A stretch of DNA of 32,000 nt from Pyrodictium delaneyi (GTDB lineage: Archaea; Thermoproteota; Thermoprotei_A; Sulfolobales; Pyrodictiaceae), in assembly GCF_001412615.1 (NCBI RefSeq), contig NZ_CP013011.1, forward strand, positions 1,650,001 through 1,682,000. Direction: 5' to 3'. The position numbers and the translations under genes were made by a program. Below are positions 9,007-17,577 of the stretch, one piece after another. The notes below the pieces were generated by a model. The model saw nothing but the letters and a program-made list of their open reading frames with translations, did no database searches and was not told the origin of the DNA. The stretch's first letter is position 1; every line of letters begins with the position of its first letter.

Positions 9007-9016
9007 GTATTATAGG
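9007..9016 (+). promoter_or_regulatory. TATA-like box (GTATTATAGG) for the nucleoside phosphorylase gene
   Basis: It is centred about 43 nt before GTG 9055. GGGGTG at 9041-9046 is a plausible SD 8 nt upstream of that GTG. Confidence 0.4.
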
Positions 9017-9054
9017 CTAGGCATGCCTCCCGGTGCTTGTGGGGTGCGTGCGCT

Positions 9055-9783
9055 GTGAAGCCGCAGCACATCCGTATAAGCCCCGAAGAAGTGGCCGAAA
9101 GAGTAGTAGTCGTCGGCGACCCGGCACGTGCCAAGTTCCTCGCCGAGAACTTCCTAGAAGACTCGAAGCTTGTGAACGAGAAGCGCGGCTTCCATGTATA
9201 CACAGGATACTACAATGGTACCCGGGTGAGCGTCGCAGTACACGGGATAGGAGGCCCCTCGGCAGCAATAGTATTCGAAGAACTATACATGCTCGGCGCC
9301 AGAACCATGATAAGGCTCGGCACAGCAGGAGGACTGGTCCCACAGCTAGAGATAGGCGATGCTGTAGTGGCGACCGGCGCAGCTTACATACATGGTGGTA
9401 CTATAGGTTCCTACGTTCCTGACGCTTGTATGGTCGCAGCACCTAACCCGCTACTAACTACGCTGCTCTACGAGAAGGCTAAGGCTATACACGGCAAAGT
9501 ATACCTCGGCCCAGTATTCAGCAGCGACGCCTTCTACGCGGAAGATGCCCACTTTGTAGAAAAGTGGTCCAAGCGGGGCATAATAGCTGTAGAGATGGAG
9601 GTAGCTACACTCTATGCACTAGCAGCGATGAGGGGCTTCAACGCAGCTGCCTTGCTAGTAATTTCAGATAACCTTGCAGTGCCTGGTAAGGAAGAGCTAA
9701 AGCATCACGAAGAACTAGAGCCATTTGTAGAAAAAGCAGCTAAAGCAGTATTCGAAGCGATAACAAGCTTCAACCGAGGCTAA
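9055..9783 (+). CDS. PNP/UDP-family nucleoside phosphorylase (purine nucleoside / MTA / uridine phosphorylase type)
   Basis: Family motifs VVVVGDPARA, VHGIGGPSAAI, RLGTAGG and AVEMEVATL are present. The maximal ORF begins at TTG 9037. The in-frame GTG 9055 (VKPQHIR...) better matches the family's usual N-terminus and the SD spacing. Confidence 0.85.
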   Translation: MKPQHIRISPEEVAERVVVVGDPARAKFLAENFLEDSKLVNEKRGFHVYTGYYNGTRVSVAVHGIGGPSAAIVFEELYMLGARTMIRLGTAGGLVPQLEIGDAVVATGAAYIHGGTIGSYVPDACMVAAPNPLLTTLLYEKAKAIHGKVYLGPVFSSDAFYAEDAHFVEKWSKRGIIAVEMEVATLYALAAMRGFNAAALLVISDNLAVPGKEELKHHEELEPFVEKAAKAVFEAITSFNRG

Positions 9784-9970
9784 AATGTTAGTATAGACTA
9801 ATACTTAGGTGATATATATCAATGGTATGTCTCTAAACTCTTTGAAGATGAAAGCGACGAGTTAAAGGCCCCCTCTAACCGTTTTCCTAGATAGATCGTG
9901 GGGTGCCGCTGAAGAAGCCTTGGACGTATTCTCGACCGCTCTCTAACACTCTTCCGGGGTGACGTAAGCC

Positions 9971-10333
9971 GTGGCCACTGAGGCCCCTCCACATCACTTT
10001 AAACGGTTATTCGCTAACCGCGGCTTAGAAGTTACAGAGACTAGATCCCGCCAGGCAACGCTTTTCGGAGAAACTGTAGAGTACCACTCAGTATGCGGGC
10101 TAAAACAAGGCTCGTACAGGATTACTGTAAAACTGCTCCCTGCTCCTTCTGCCACACAGGTTGTGATAAACGCATCAAGTGAGGAAGATGCTAAGAAAGC
10201 AGCAGATAGGCTTGAGAGGCTAGGATTCAGCGTTGACACTGATGGGGAGACTGTGAGAGCTAAGACCCGAGACATAAGTCTAACGACGGTTAGTAGAGCT
10301 ATAGATGTGGCGGAGGAAGCAACACGGTCTTGA
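9971..10333 (+). CDS. uncharacterised protein (first gene of a two-gene unit)
   Basis: 120-codon ORF with a GTG start and no internal Met. Its composition is protein-like, whereas the mirror ORF 9994-10341 is Ser/Leu-rich. Its stop lies 8 nt before the next ATG. Confidence 0.45.
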   Translation: MATEAPPHHFKRLFANRGLEVTETRSRQATLFGETVEYHSVCGLKQGSYRITVKLLPAPSATQVVINASSEEDAKKAADRLERLGFSVDTDGETVRAKTRDISLTTVSRAIDVAEEATRS

Positions 10334-10341
10334 AGGATCAT

Positions 10342-11433
10342 ATGGGCTTCGAAGATATAGTGAAAAGTCTGGGTCTCAATAAACTTGGTATAACGTACAG
10401 TAATATAGTGAAAGATGTTCTCGTCGTTGAAGGGGAAAAGGCTTGTCAGAGGATACTCTCCGAACCCAACATAACAGTTCTTAGGGTCATTGGTATAGAG
10501 ACCATCAAATGTGAGGGTGAAACGGAGCTACGACTAGTAAGCAGAAACGGGTTGTCAATCAAGGCTAGAATACCTGGAAAAAGTCGTTGTTGCGATGTTG
10601 CAGAGTTGCCCCTCTACAAGCCTCGGGAAAACTACGTAGGACCAACATACAAGGCACTCGTGGACACACTGAGACAACTTATGTCGGGGCTAGACTCGCA
10701 TGGTGTACCAGTAGTCGTTGACACATTTATACCGACTACCGGCAGATATTGCCGACCACGCATTGGTTGTACGCTTAGCCTACGTCGAGAGAATAATAGA
10801 GTTCTGGAGACATCGGAGCCCATTAGAACAGGAGTGTATAAGCCAAAAGTTGTCCACCCAACTCTTCTGGCATGGACGCGCAAGAGGGTAACCAGTAACA
10901 GTACCTACCATGTACCATGGATATACATAGGAGGAGCATCTAGCTATCTCCTACTTATCTGTACACCGCCGGCAGAAGTTTGCAGGGTATCCGTAGACAA
11001 AGAAGGGCTAGCCATCTTGGAGGAAGGCAAAGCCATAGCTATAAAGTCGAGACGGTATAGCCCATCATGGAGCTACACAACATACCTGGTCGGAAATGCG
11101 CTGGGAGAACTTGACGCGAATATAGAGGCCAAGAAACCAGCGATTTGGTCACCAACAGGACTAATACCACTAGCAGCCCATATAGAGAAGACGAAAAAGA
11201 GTATAGTTACCGAGCTTGTTGTTTGGAATCCTCTACCTATAGCGAAGAGACATGAACTGGTACTCGAGGAGTATCGAATCAAAAAGGCAGATGTTTATAC
11301 AGGAATAGTGCCATATTGGGAGGAAGCAGTGACAAGCTTCAATAGAGTGTACCTGCCATTATCGGGAAACCAGTTGGCAATAGTAAGGATTAGTGGGAAC
11401 CTGTTGCCTCCACTTCTGAGACAACGGCGGTAA
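10342..11433 (+). CDS. uncharacterised protein
   Basis: 363-aa ORF from ATG 10342 (the maximal ORF starts at TTG 10330, overlapping the upstream TGA). I recognise no motif in it. Confidence 0.6.
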   Translation: MGFEDIVKSLGLNKLGITYSNIVKDVLVVEGEKACQRILSEPNITVLRVIGIETIKCEGETELRLVSRNGLSIKARIPGKSRCCDVAELPLYKPRENYVGPTYKALVDTLRQLMSGLDSHGVPVVVDTFIPTTGRYCRPRIGCTLSLRRENNRVLETSEPIRTGVYKPKVVHPTLLAWTRKRVTSNSTYHVPWIYIGGASSYLLLICTPPAEVCRVSVDKEGLAILEEGKAIAIKSRRYSPSWSYTTYLVGNALGELDANIEAKKPAIWSPTGLIPLAAHIEKTKKSIVTELVVWNPLPIAKRHELVLEEYRIKKADVYTGIVPYWEEAVTSFNRVYLPLSGNQLAIVRISGNLLPPLLRQRR

Positions 11434-11517
11434 ATCATAAGACTAAGTTATGGTCATGGCGAAGAGACTTCTAACAGCATAAGATAACGGTTCTAAGACG
11501 TCTAAACTTTCATGACA

Positions 11518-11886
11518 TTAGCAAGGTGTTTCCGGCACGACAGGTTTTGGCTCGACTTTTAACCGGAGCTTTCTACAGATATCACAGATGTACAAGGGTA
11601 TACGTTTCTCATCTATGTTGCCACTTATTATCTGCTCAGCCATCTTGGAGACCATACCATAGAGTTCGGCATCATTCAAAACGGTGTCTATGTAGTCACC
11701 CCCTCTCCGCTTAAGTAGATAGTTTGATACAGCCGCGGGGGTAAGCTTAAGCAACTTAGCGGCTCTGTATATAGAAAGTCCATAGACGCGTACTAACACT
11801 ATAGCTATCGATGCTCTTATTGATGGTACGTATTTTCTTACTGCTATCTCGCAGGGTGCTGAGAGAAAGTTAATCGTCTCCTTCAT
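11518..11886 (-). CDS. putative helix-turn-helix transcriptional regulator
   Basis: A probable HTH reads GLSIYRAAKLLKLTPAAVSNYLLKRRG, and a C-terminal CDIC pair is present. GGGAG precedes the ATG, and a TATA (GTTATTAG, complement of 11929-11936) lies about 47 nt upstream. Confidence 0.6.
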   Translation of the reverse strand: MKETINFLSAPCEIAVRKYVPSIRASIAIVLVRVYGLSIYRAAKLLKLTPAAVSNYLLKRRGGDYIDTVLNDAELYGMVSKMAEQIISGNIDEKRIPLYICDICRKLRLKVEPKPVVPETPC

Positions 11887-11906
11887 AGCTCCCTTAGCCC
11901 ACTTTC

Positions 11907-11914
11907 ACACGTGT
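11907..11914. promoter_or_regulatory. 8-bp palindrome ACACGTGT at the inferred transcription start of the HTH regulator gene
   Basis: It is a perfect palindrome lying between the TATA box and the ATG of the regulator gene. This is the usual position of an archaeal repressor or autoregulatory operator. Confidence 0.3.
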
Positions 11915-12131
11915 TACTAGCTGTATCCTAATAACGGCTACTCCGGAGGGAACCTACCATATTGCTAATCTGTACTGCAAATAGCTAGCAGATAGACTAG
12001 TAGGGCGCAGAACATTCCGTATAGTTTGTCAGAGAGAAAAGAAGAAAAGAACCAAATTGTCTAATAACGCCCAGCGGCAAGAGGGATAGAGGAGTATAGA
12101 TGGTGTATGACCCTTGATGGATCCCGTGAGG

Positions 12132-12845
12132 ATGGAGATAGACCAAGAGACTCGTGAAGCCATACGTGAGGCATTCCAGGACCTTGTAAAGCCAGTAACA
12201 GTAAATGTATTCATAGGGCCGAACTGCCAATACTGTGATGAGGCGTTAAAGATAGCTAAAGTTCTTGAAGAAGAGGCGCCAGTAAAGAACGGAGAAAAGC
12301 TAGTGAAAGTACGCATATATGAGAAGGGTAAAGATGATGAAGTCTTTAAGAGACAGAGTATAGAGCGTGTGCCAACCATAACGCTTCTAGACGGTGTCAT
12401 AAGGTATACTGGTACCCCTAGCGGCGAAGAGATACGAGGTCTCGTCGAAACAATAATAAGGATATCACAAGAGGATAGTGGCCTAGATTCCGAGACCATT
12501 GAGAAGATCAAGGAGCTATCTGAGCCGGTTCATGTAGAGGTTATAGTAACACCACAATGTCCTTACTGCCCCTATGCAGCACTCTTGACAAATATGTTCG
12601 CATTTGAGGCATGGAGACATGGTAAAAAGAACTTCATAGCCGACACTGTAGAAGCCTATGAAAACCCCGATATAGCTGACAAGTATAATGTAATGTCTGT
12701 ACCGGCTATAGCGATAAACGGCGTTCTAGCATTCGTAGGCGTACCTTATGAAGAGGACTTCATTGAACGGATAATAGATATAGTAAAGCGCGGACGCAAA
12801 GTAGCTGGTCCGGAAGTTCTATCAGAGAGCGCAACCGGTGTGTAA
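12132..12845 (+). CDS. protein disulfide oxidoreductase (PDO; two thioredoxin-fold units)
   Basis: Two CXXC sites (CQYC and CPYC) sit in tandem glutaredoxin-like halves, as in archaeal PDO. The maximal ORF has TTG 12114 and ATG 12117. The TATA GTATAGA centred near 12097 favours ATG 12132 (MEIDQETREAIREAF). Confidence 0.85.
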   Translation: MEIDQETREAIREAFQDLVKPVTVNVFIGPNCQYCDEALKIAKVLEEEAPVKNGEKLVKVRIYEKGKDDEVFKRQSIERVPTITLLDGVIRYTGTPSGEEIRGLVETIIRISQEDSGLDSETIEKIKELSEPVHVEVIVTPQCPYCPYAALLTNMFAFEAWRHGKKNFIADTVEAYENPDIADKYNVMSVPAIAINGVLAFVGVPYEEDFIERIIDIVKRGRKVAGPEVLSESATGV

Positions 12846-13130
12846 GTGTAGCCCCGATGGCCTCTTTATTTAATGCACAGTTAAGCATAAACTCTATTGT
12901 TCTCTCAAGCGATATTATACTAGCCAATTAATGGGGCTCCGACAAATGCCTTGTCATCACTGCTATAATTAGATTATCTATCAGCGTCGGGAGTATTCTT
13001 CATGGCCCCTATATACGGCGAGACTAGTCACGGTTCTTAATCCTTAGCCATAAGGTAGTCTGGCCAAGAAAGAAAAACTGCCGGGTAAGGGTAGCTCGGG
13101 AGATGTTTAAGAAATAGTTGATGAGATGGC

Positions 13131-13171
13131 CCAGAAAAAGATACAATGTAGACTAGTGAAGCTTACACTAG
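13131..13171 (-). terminator. putative gatE terminator (hairpin plus T5)
   Basis: On the minus strand, downstream of the gatE stop, there is a perfect 6-bp stem CTAGTG/CACTAG (13153-13171, 7-nt loop). It is followed by TTTTT (complement of 13135-13139). Confidence 0.5.
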
Positions 13172-13184
13172 AAAGTTTTCACGA

Positions 13185-15140
13185 CTACTGTTTTAGAATC
13201 TCGGCTATCTTCCTCTTGGCAATGTCGGCTACTACTTTTCCGTCTACTTTTCCACGGAGCTTCGGCATTACTCTACCCATTACCTTGCTCAGGGCAGCAT
13301 AACCGCGTGCCCTAATTTCGTTCTCGAGGGCTTTGACGGCTTCTTCGACCATCTTCTCTACTGTAGACATATCTACAGTCTCTATGCCTAGCGCTTTAAT
13401 GGCAGCTTCCACGCTCGTGCCTGGGTTCTTAGCCAGGTATGAAAGCAACTCGGGTATTGCGTCCTTAGCTATTCTGCCATTCGCAACAGCGGCTAGTGCC
13501 TCCTCTATTTGGCTGTCATCAAGATTGTCTACTGGTATACCTTCTCTGGCTAGGCTACGGAGTATATTCGTGAATATTGAAGCTATGTATGATGGATGCA
13601 CCTTATCGCCGTATTTGGCTGCTAGCTTCTCGAACAAGTCTAGCCGGACATCTCTTATGATCTGGCGGGCTAGGTCGTCGCTGAGCCCGTATAGCTTCTT
13701 TAGTTTCTCGAGCTTCTCTGTAGGCTTCTCTGGTACTATCTTACGGGCCTCCTCTAGCAGCTCCTCGGTGACCTCGAGTGGTGGTATGTCGGTCTCAGGA
13801 TACATACGAGCAGAACCGGGCTGTGGCCGCATAAACCTAGTAGTCCCGTCCTCCTTGGCAGCTCTTGTCTCCTTCGGTATGCCTTCCAGAGCGATACGTG
13901 CCCTCTCGAGTACGGCTTGTAGCGCTTTCCGAGCTTTGCTCTCCTCATCGGCAACTATCACTACTGCGTCACGACCCTTGACGGCTTTGGTTGCTTTGTA
14001 TAGTTCCTCGACCTCCTCAGCGGTTATACCATATCCGGGTAGCTCATCTGTATGGAATATGCCATCGACGCCACCCCAGAACCGTGCATAATCGGCTAGC
14101 TCGGTGCCAAAGCGTCTTCCAGGTTGAACCTCTACGCCGAGTATGCCGTGGAAGCCTGGAAGCTTTACAGCCAGAACTTTGCCGCCCTTCTTGACAACCT
14201 TGGATATTATCTTAGACTTGGTGTTCCTAAACACGTTTGTAACATCCACTATTTCTACTGATTTTAGTGCCTCCTTCTTCACGCCACGTGAACGGAGTTC
14301 ATCACGTATCTCTAGGAGTCGCTTCTGCCGTATGGCTTCATAGAGTACAATCTTCGGGAGCAGGTCTAGTCTCTGCACGCCCTTAATCTCGGTCTTCACG
14401 CCTCCTCTTATGGACACGTTTAGATCTTGTCTTATAGTGCCTATGCCACGCTTAACCTTGCCAGTCAGCCTTAATAGCTGGCCTATAGTTAATGCCGCTT
14501 CGTAAGCCTCTTCTGGTGTCTCTATGTCTGGTGCGGTAGATATCTCTATGAGAGGTATACCTAGCCTATCGAGCATATAGTGTGTGTAACGTCCCTCCTC
14601 GCCCAGCTTGCGTGCCGCATCCTCCTCTATGGCTATAGTCTGTATCCCTATCCTCTTGCCACTCTGTAATTCTATCTCGCCACCGAGTGCCACGATAGCG
14701 GTGCGCTGGAACCCAGTAGTATTGGACCCGTCTATCACTATCTTCCTCATAACGTATATCTCGTCCACCGGTGAAGAGCCTAGAGCAAGAGCTATTGCTA
14801 GTCCGATAATCACTGCCTCTTTGTTAATCTCGTGTGGAGGCTCTTCGTCTGCCTCGACTAGGCATGACGATGTACGTGGGGCGTGATAGTGGTATAGTCG
14901 GCCTTTTCGCCATTCGAAGAGCGCTGCTATATCAACTTCGCCAAGCTCGCTTCGTGTCGGGCGCAGCTGCCTCACAAACTCGTCCTTAGGGTCGTCCTCG
15001 CCCACTAGTCTCGTTGGACAACTACAGAATAGTTTGTGTCGTGTATCTAACTGTTGATGTATCTCGAGTCCAGCTTTCAATCCAAGTTCTCGGGGATCAT
15101 ACTTAGACACATCAACCTTAGGCTCTATCAATGAGGCCAC
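13185..15140 (-). CDS. gatE: Glu-tRNA(Gln) amidotransferase subunit E
   Basis: 651 aa with an N-terminus GLKAGLEIHQQL...KLFCSCP typical of GatE/GatB-type subunits. It lies immediately downstream of gatD. GTG start 15140 overlaps the gatD stop by 13 nt. Confidence 0.95.
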   Translation of the reverse strand: MASLIEPKVDVSKYDPRELGLKAGLEIHQQLDTRHKLFCSCPTRLVGEDDPKDEFVRQLRPTRSELGEVDIAALFEWRKGRLYHYHAPRTSSCLVEADEEPPHEINKEAVIIGLAIALALGSSPVDEIYVMRKIVIDGSNTTGFQRTAIVALGGEIELQSGKRIGIQTIAIEEDAARKLGEEGRYTHYMLDRLGIPLIEISTAPDIETPEEAYEAALTIGQLLRLTGKVKRGIGTIRQDLNVSIRGGVKTEIKGVQRLDLLPKIVLYEAIRQKRLLEIRDELRSRGVKKEALKSVEIVDVTNVFRNTKSKIISKVVKKGGKVLAVKLPGFHGILGVEVQPGRRFGTELADYARFWGGVDGIFHTDELPGYGITAEEVEELYKATKAVKGRDAVVIVADEESKARKALQAVLERARIALEGIPKETRAAKEDGTTRFMRPQPGSARMYPETDIPPLEVTEELLEEARKIVPEKPTEKLEKLKKLYGLSDDLARQIIRDVRLDLFEKLAAKYGDKVHPSYIASIFTNILRSLAREGIPVDNLDDSQIEEALAAVANGRIAKDAIPELLSYLAKNPGTSVEAAIKALGIETVDMSTVEKMVEEAVKALENEIRARGYAALSKVMGRVMPKLRGKVDGKVVADIAKRKIAEILKQ

Positions 15141-16501
15141 CTCGGATATAGATCTATAGTATGTCTTGGCGTGATCTCACCAGCAAGGTTTAACTTGAAG
15201 AGACGTCTCACTTCATTCAAGTCACTTGCGCGTGACAGAATCCATGAGAGCTTTACGAAAGCTACTTCTGGCAGCATATCGTCTGCAGGTATAACACCAG
15301 CTTGTAGCAGCTTACGGCCAGTAGTGTAGACATTCATGTTTACTCTCCCGAAGAGTGTCTGAGAAGTCATAACTACTGCTACACCAGCATCAACAGCGCG
15401 TTTTATGCTCTCGGTAAGCCATTCTCCGACGTGGCCTAGTCCAGTCCCCTCTAGAACGATACCCTTGTAGCCCTTGTCCACAAGGAAGTCTATTATCTCC
15501 GGCTCCATGCCGGGATAGTACTTTATAAGTGCGACTTTCTCTTCGAAGCCGTTAGCCACTTCAAGCTCTTCGGCTCCCCGGCTACGAAGCGGGCTCTCTA
15601 GGAGTGTTATTCTTCGCTCAAATGGGTATATCTTTGCTAGAGGTCTTCCGTTTATAGTTTGGAAGGCATCGCGACGGCTGGTATGCATCTTTCTCACACG
15701 TGTAGCTCTGTGTGCAAGTGCATAGGTGTCTCCAGTCTCTCCATGCATGACTACAACCACTTCTGCAAAGGGTGCCTTAGCAGCTACGAGTACTGCTGCA
15801 ACAAGGTTGAAGGCTGCATCGCTGCTGGGCCTATCACTGCTCCTCTGGGCGCCTACAAACGTTATGGGGACGGGGAGTCCGCGAAAGGCAAATGCCAAGG
15901 CAGAAGCTGTATAAGCCATAGTGTCTGTTCCGTGAGCTACTATGACGCCGTCTACACCACTATCTATCGCCTTAGCTACTTCGTCTACTATTTTTTCCCA
16001 GTATTGCGGCCTCATATTCTCGCTAAGAATATTCATTACTACCTTAGCTGATATGTCAGCTATAAAGCCGACCTCGGGGACAGCCTCGAGGATCTCTTTA
16101 GCGGAGAAAGCCGGTTTAACGGCTCCTGTCTCATACTCTACCTTGCTGGCAATAGTGCCACCAGTGCCGAGTATTGTCACTTTTGGTCTTTCCTCGGCTG
16201 GCGGGCTCTCTTCAAGTAAGGGTATGGTTGCTGGTGCGCCTGCAGCAGCTTCACGGAGTATAGCTTCTTTCGTCTTTACGACCTCTACTATGGTTTTTTC
16301 GTCCACACGTACACCGATATTGTAGCCGTTATCTAGTTTGATGACTATAATGGGCTTTGATGAAATTGTGTAGCGTGGCATTAGTATACCTTCAAAGACG
16401 CGGCCATCACTTCTGGTGATGCGGATACGGTCTCCAGGCTTGGCGTCTGCCTTGTTTAGCAAGCTGAGTGCTATTCCTGTATATCCTATTGTCTCTTCCA
16501 A
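15128..16501 (-). CDS. gatD: Glu-tRNA(Gln) amidotransferase subunit D (asparaginase-like)
   Basis: 457 aa with asparaginase-type motifs ILGTGGTIAS and VAHGTDTMAYTASAL. The gatD-gatE order is archaea-specific. The start is TTG at 16501. Confidence 0.95.
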   Translation of the reverse strand: MEETIGYTGIALSLLNKADAKPGDRIRITRSDGRVFEGILMPRYTISSKPIIVIKLDNGYNIGVRVDEKTIVEVVKTKEAILREAAAGAPATIPLLEESPPAEERPKVTILGTGGTIASKVEYETGAVKPAFSAKEILEAVPEVGFIADISAKVVMNILSENMRPQYWEKIVDEVAKAIDSGVDGVIVAHGTDTMAYTASALAFAFRGLPVPITFVGAQRSSDRPSSDAAFNLVAAVLVAAKAPFAEVVVVMHGETGDTYALAHRATRVRKMHTSRRDAFQTINGRPLAKIYPFERRITLLESPLRSRGAEELEVANGFEEKVALIKYYPGMEPEIIDFLVDKGYKGIVLEGTGLGHVGEWLTESIKRAVDAGVAVVMTSQTLFGRVNMNVYTTGRKLLQAGVIPADDMLPEVAFVKLSWILSRASDLNEVRRLFKLNLAGEITPRHTIDLYPRWPH

Positions 16502-16542
16502 CGCTCGGGCCCGAGTGGCTAGAGCAGAACAGGGGGATAAAG

Positions 16543-16553
16543 CCTATATAAGG
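16543..16553. promoter_or_regulatory. near-palindromic TATA element CCTATATAAGG shared by divergent gatD and rps30e
   Basis: This is the only strong TATA in the 87-bp spacer. It is centred 41 nt from ATG 16589 (plus strand) and 47 nt from TTG 16501 (minus strand). Confidence 0.55.
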
Positions 16554-16588
16554 ACTAAAAGAGGCACACCCCTCTACGGGGACAACCC

Positions 16589-16747
16589 ATGCCAAGCCAC
16601 GGCTCACTCACAAAAGCAGGCAAGGTTAGAAAGCAGACACCACGTATACCAGCTAAGCCTAAGAAGAACCCGGCTCCACGTATGCGCAACCGGAAGGAAT
16701 ACAAGCGCTTCCTGATGAAGATGCAGCAGGGGCAGCTTCGTCGCTAA
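16589..16747 (+). CDS. rps30e: 30S ribosomal protein S30e (eS30)
   Basis: Hand translation gives [52 protein letters not shown] (52 aa, TAA at 16745-16747). The [13 protein letters not shown] signature is diagnostic of eS30. A TATA box and a downstream T-run (16763-16766) are present. The gene is absent from the supplied ORF track because it is under 60 codons. Confidence 0.85.
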   Translation: MPSHGSLTKAGKVRKQTPRIPAKPKKNPAPRMRNRKEYKRFLMKMQQGQLRR

Positions 16748-17097
16748 CCGTGTCTTCTACTCTTTTCTAGCAACTATATAGTCGGTTGAGCGATAATCCG
16801 CCGTTATAGTGTTCTAATATTGCATTAATATTATGAGGTATTCTGGAGTAGAGTCCGGATCAGGAGCCGTGGCTTCTCTCCAACAGCTTATAGTAGGCGA
16901 TAAGTGTTCTAGTGAACTCTGTGTAGACCCCTGGCATGCCATCATAAATCTGTAATGCGAGTATCCATGGGGGAACATCTAGATACGAGTAGAACACGGA
17001 TAAGCGTTTACAGACTAAGGGGTTTTCTTTACAGTTCGGGGCAGGAGTCATCATTGTAAAAATACTCTTACGTTGATCTGGCGGTCTAGCTAGCCGG

Positions 17098-17397
17098 TTA
17101 CTCCTCCTTCTTCTCGAGGACTATCTCGATTGTGCTGACCCTGCTCTGGCGGCCGTCGGGGCTCTGTATGACCTGGCTGTCGATCTTTATCTCCTTTATG
17201 TCGACCTTGCCGGGTAGGAACCTCTTCCTCACTATCTCGACAGTGTCTACAGCCTTGCTTATAGCGCGGCCCCTAGCCTTGATGACGACCTCCTTTACAC
17301 CCTGGTTTAGCAGAGTTAGAGTTGCTAGGACGTAGTTCATGACGGGCTTCTTGCCTACTAGGACAACATTGCTTGGAGCTGCACTGGCCTGCGCCAT
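17098..17397 (-). CDS. albA: DNA/RNA-binding chromatin protein Alba
   Basis: The translation reads [51 protein letters not shown]. An SD GAGGGAGGGAG (complement of 17404-17414) lies 6 nt before ATG 17397. The TATA (complement of 17450-17458) puts the transcription start downstream of the maximal-ORF start 17439. Confidence 0.9.
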   Translation of the reverse strand: MAQASAAPSNVVLVGKKPVMNYVLATLTLLNQGVKEVVIKARGRAISKAVDTVEIVRKRFLPGKVDIKEIKIDSQVIQSPDGRQSRVSTIEIVLEKKEE

Positions 17398-17562
17398 TGC
17401 GGACTCCCTCCCTCGCGTCTTGGTCGGGTAGCCACGCACTAGCCCTCTGTTATTTAGACTTTACTCTGCTCCCGTGATGGTGGGACACAATCCAGTACAG
17501 GAGGCTGGTACTGGTTACGGCTCGGTGTTACTAGCCCGGTCACTCTAAAGTGTAGCGTGGTA

Positions 17563-17577
17563 GCTTAGATGCTAAGC
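17563..17577. promoter_or_regulatory. 6-3-6 inverted repeat GCTTAG-ATG-CTAAGC at the inferred reverse gyrase transcription start
   Basis: A perfect inverted repeat lies about 27 nt downstream of a TATA-like TCTAAAGT (17545-17552) and 43 nt upstream of the rgy ATG. Confidence 0.3.

Noticed and set aside
12029-12511. 160-aa minus-strand ORF (plus 11997-12230) opposite the PDO gene
   Set aside because: It is antisense to a gene with two clear CXXC thioredoxin-fold halves. It has a Ser/Leu-rich translation and no start signals.
13333-16325. Plus-strand ORFs inside gatE and gatD (e.g. 13333-14091, 14608-14886, 15659-16051, 15942-16325)
   Set aside because: They are antisense to well-supported genes and have Ser/Thr/Ala/Leu-rich translations. 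None has a promoter or SD signal.
16860-17054. 64-aa minus-strand ORF immediately downstream of alba
   Set aside because: It starts 8 nt after the alba T5 terminator with no room for a promoter or SD, and I recognise no motif in it. I cannot support it as a gene without homology or expression data.
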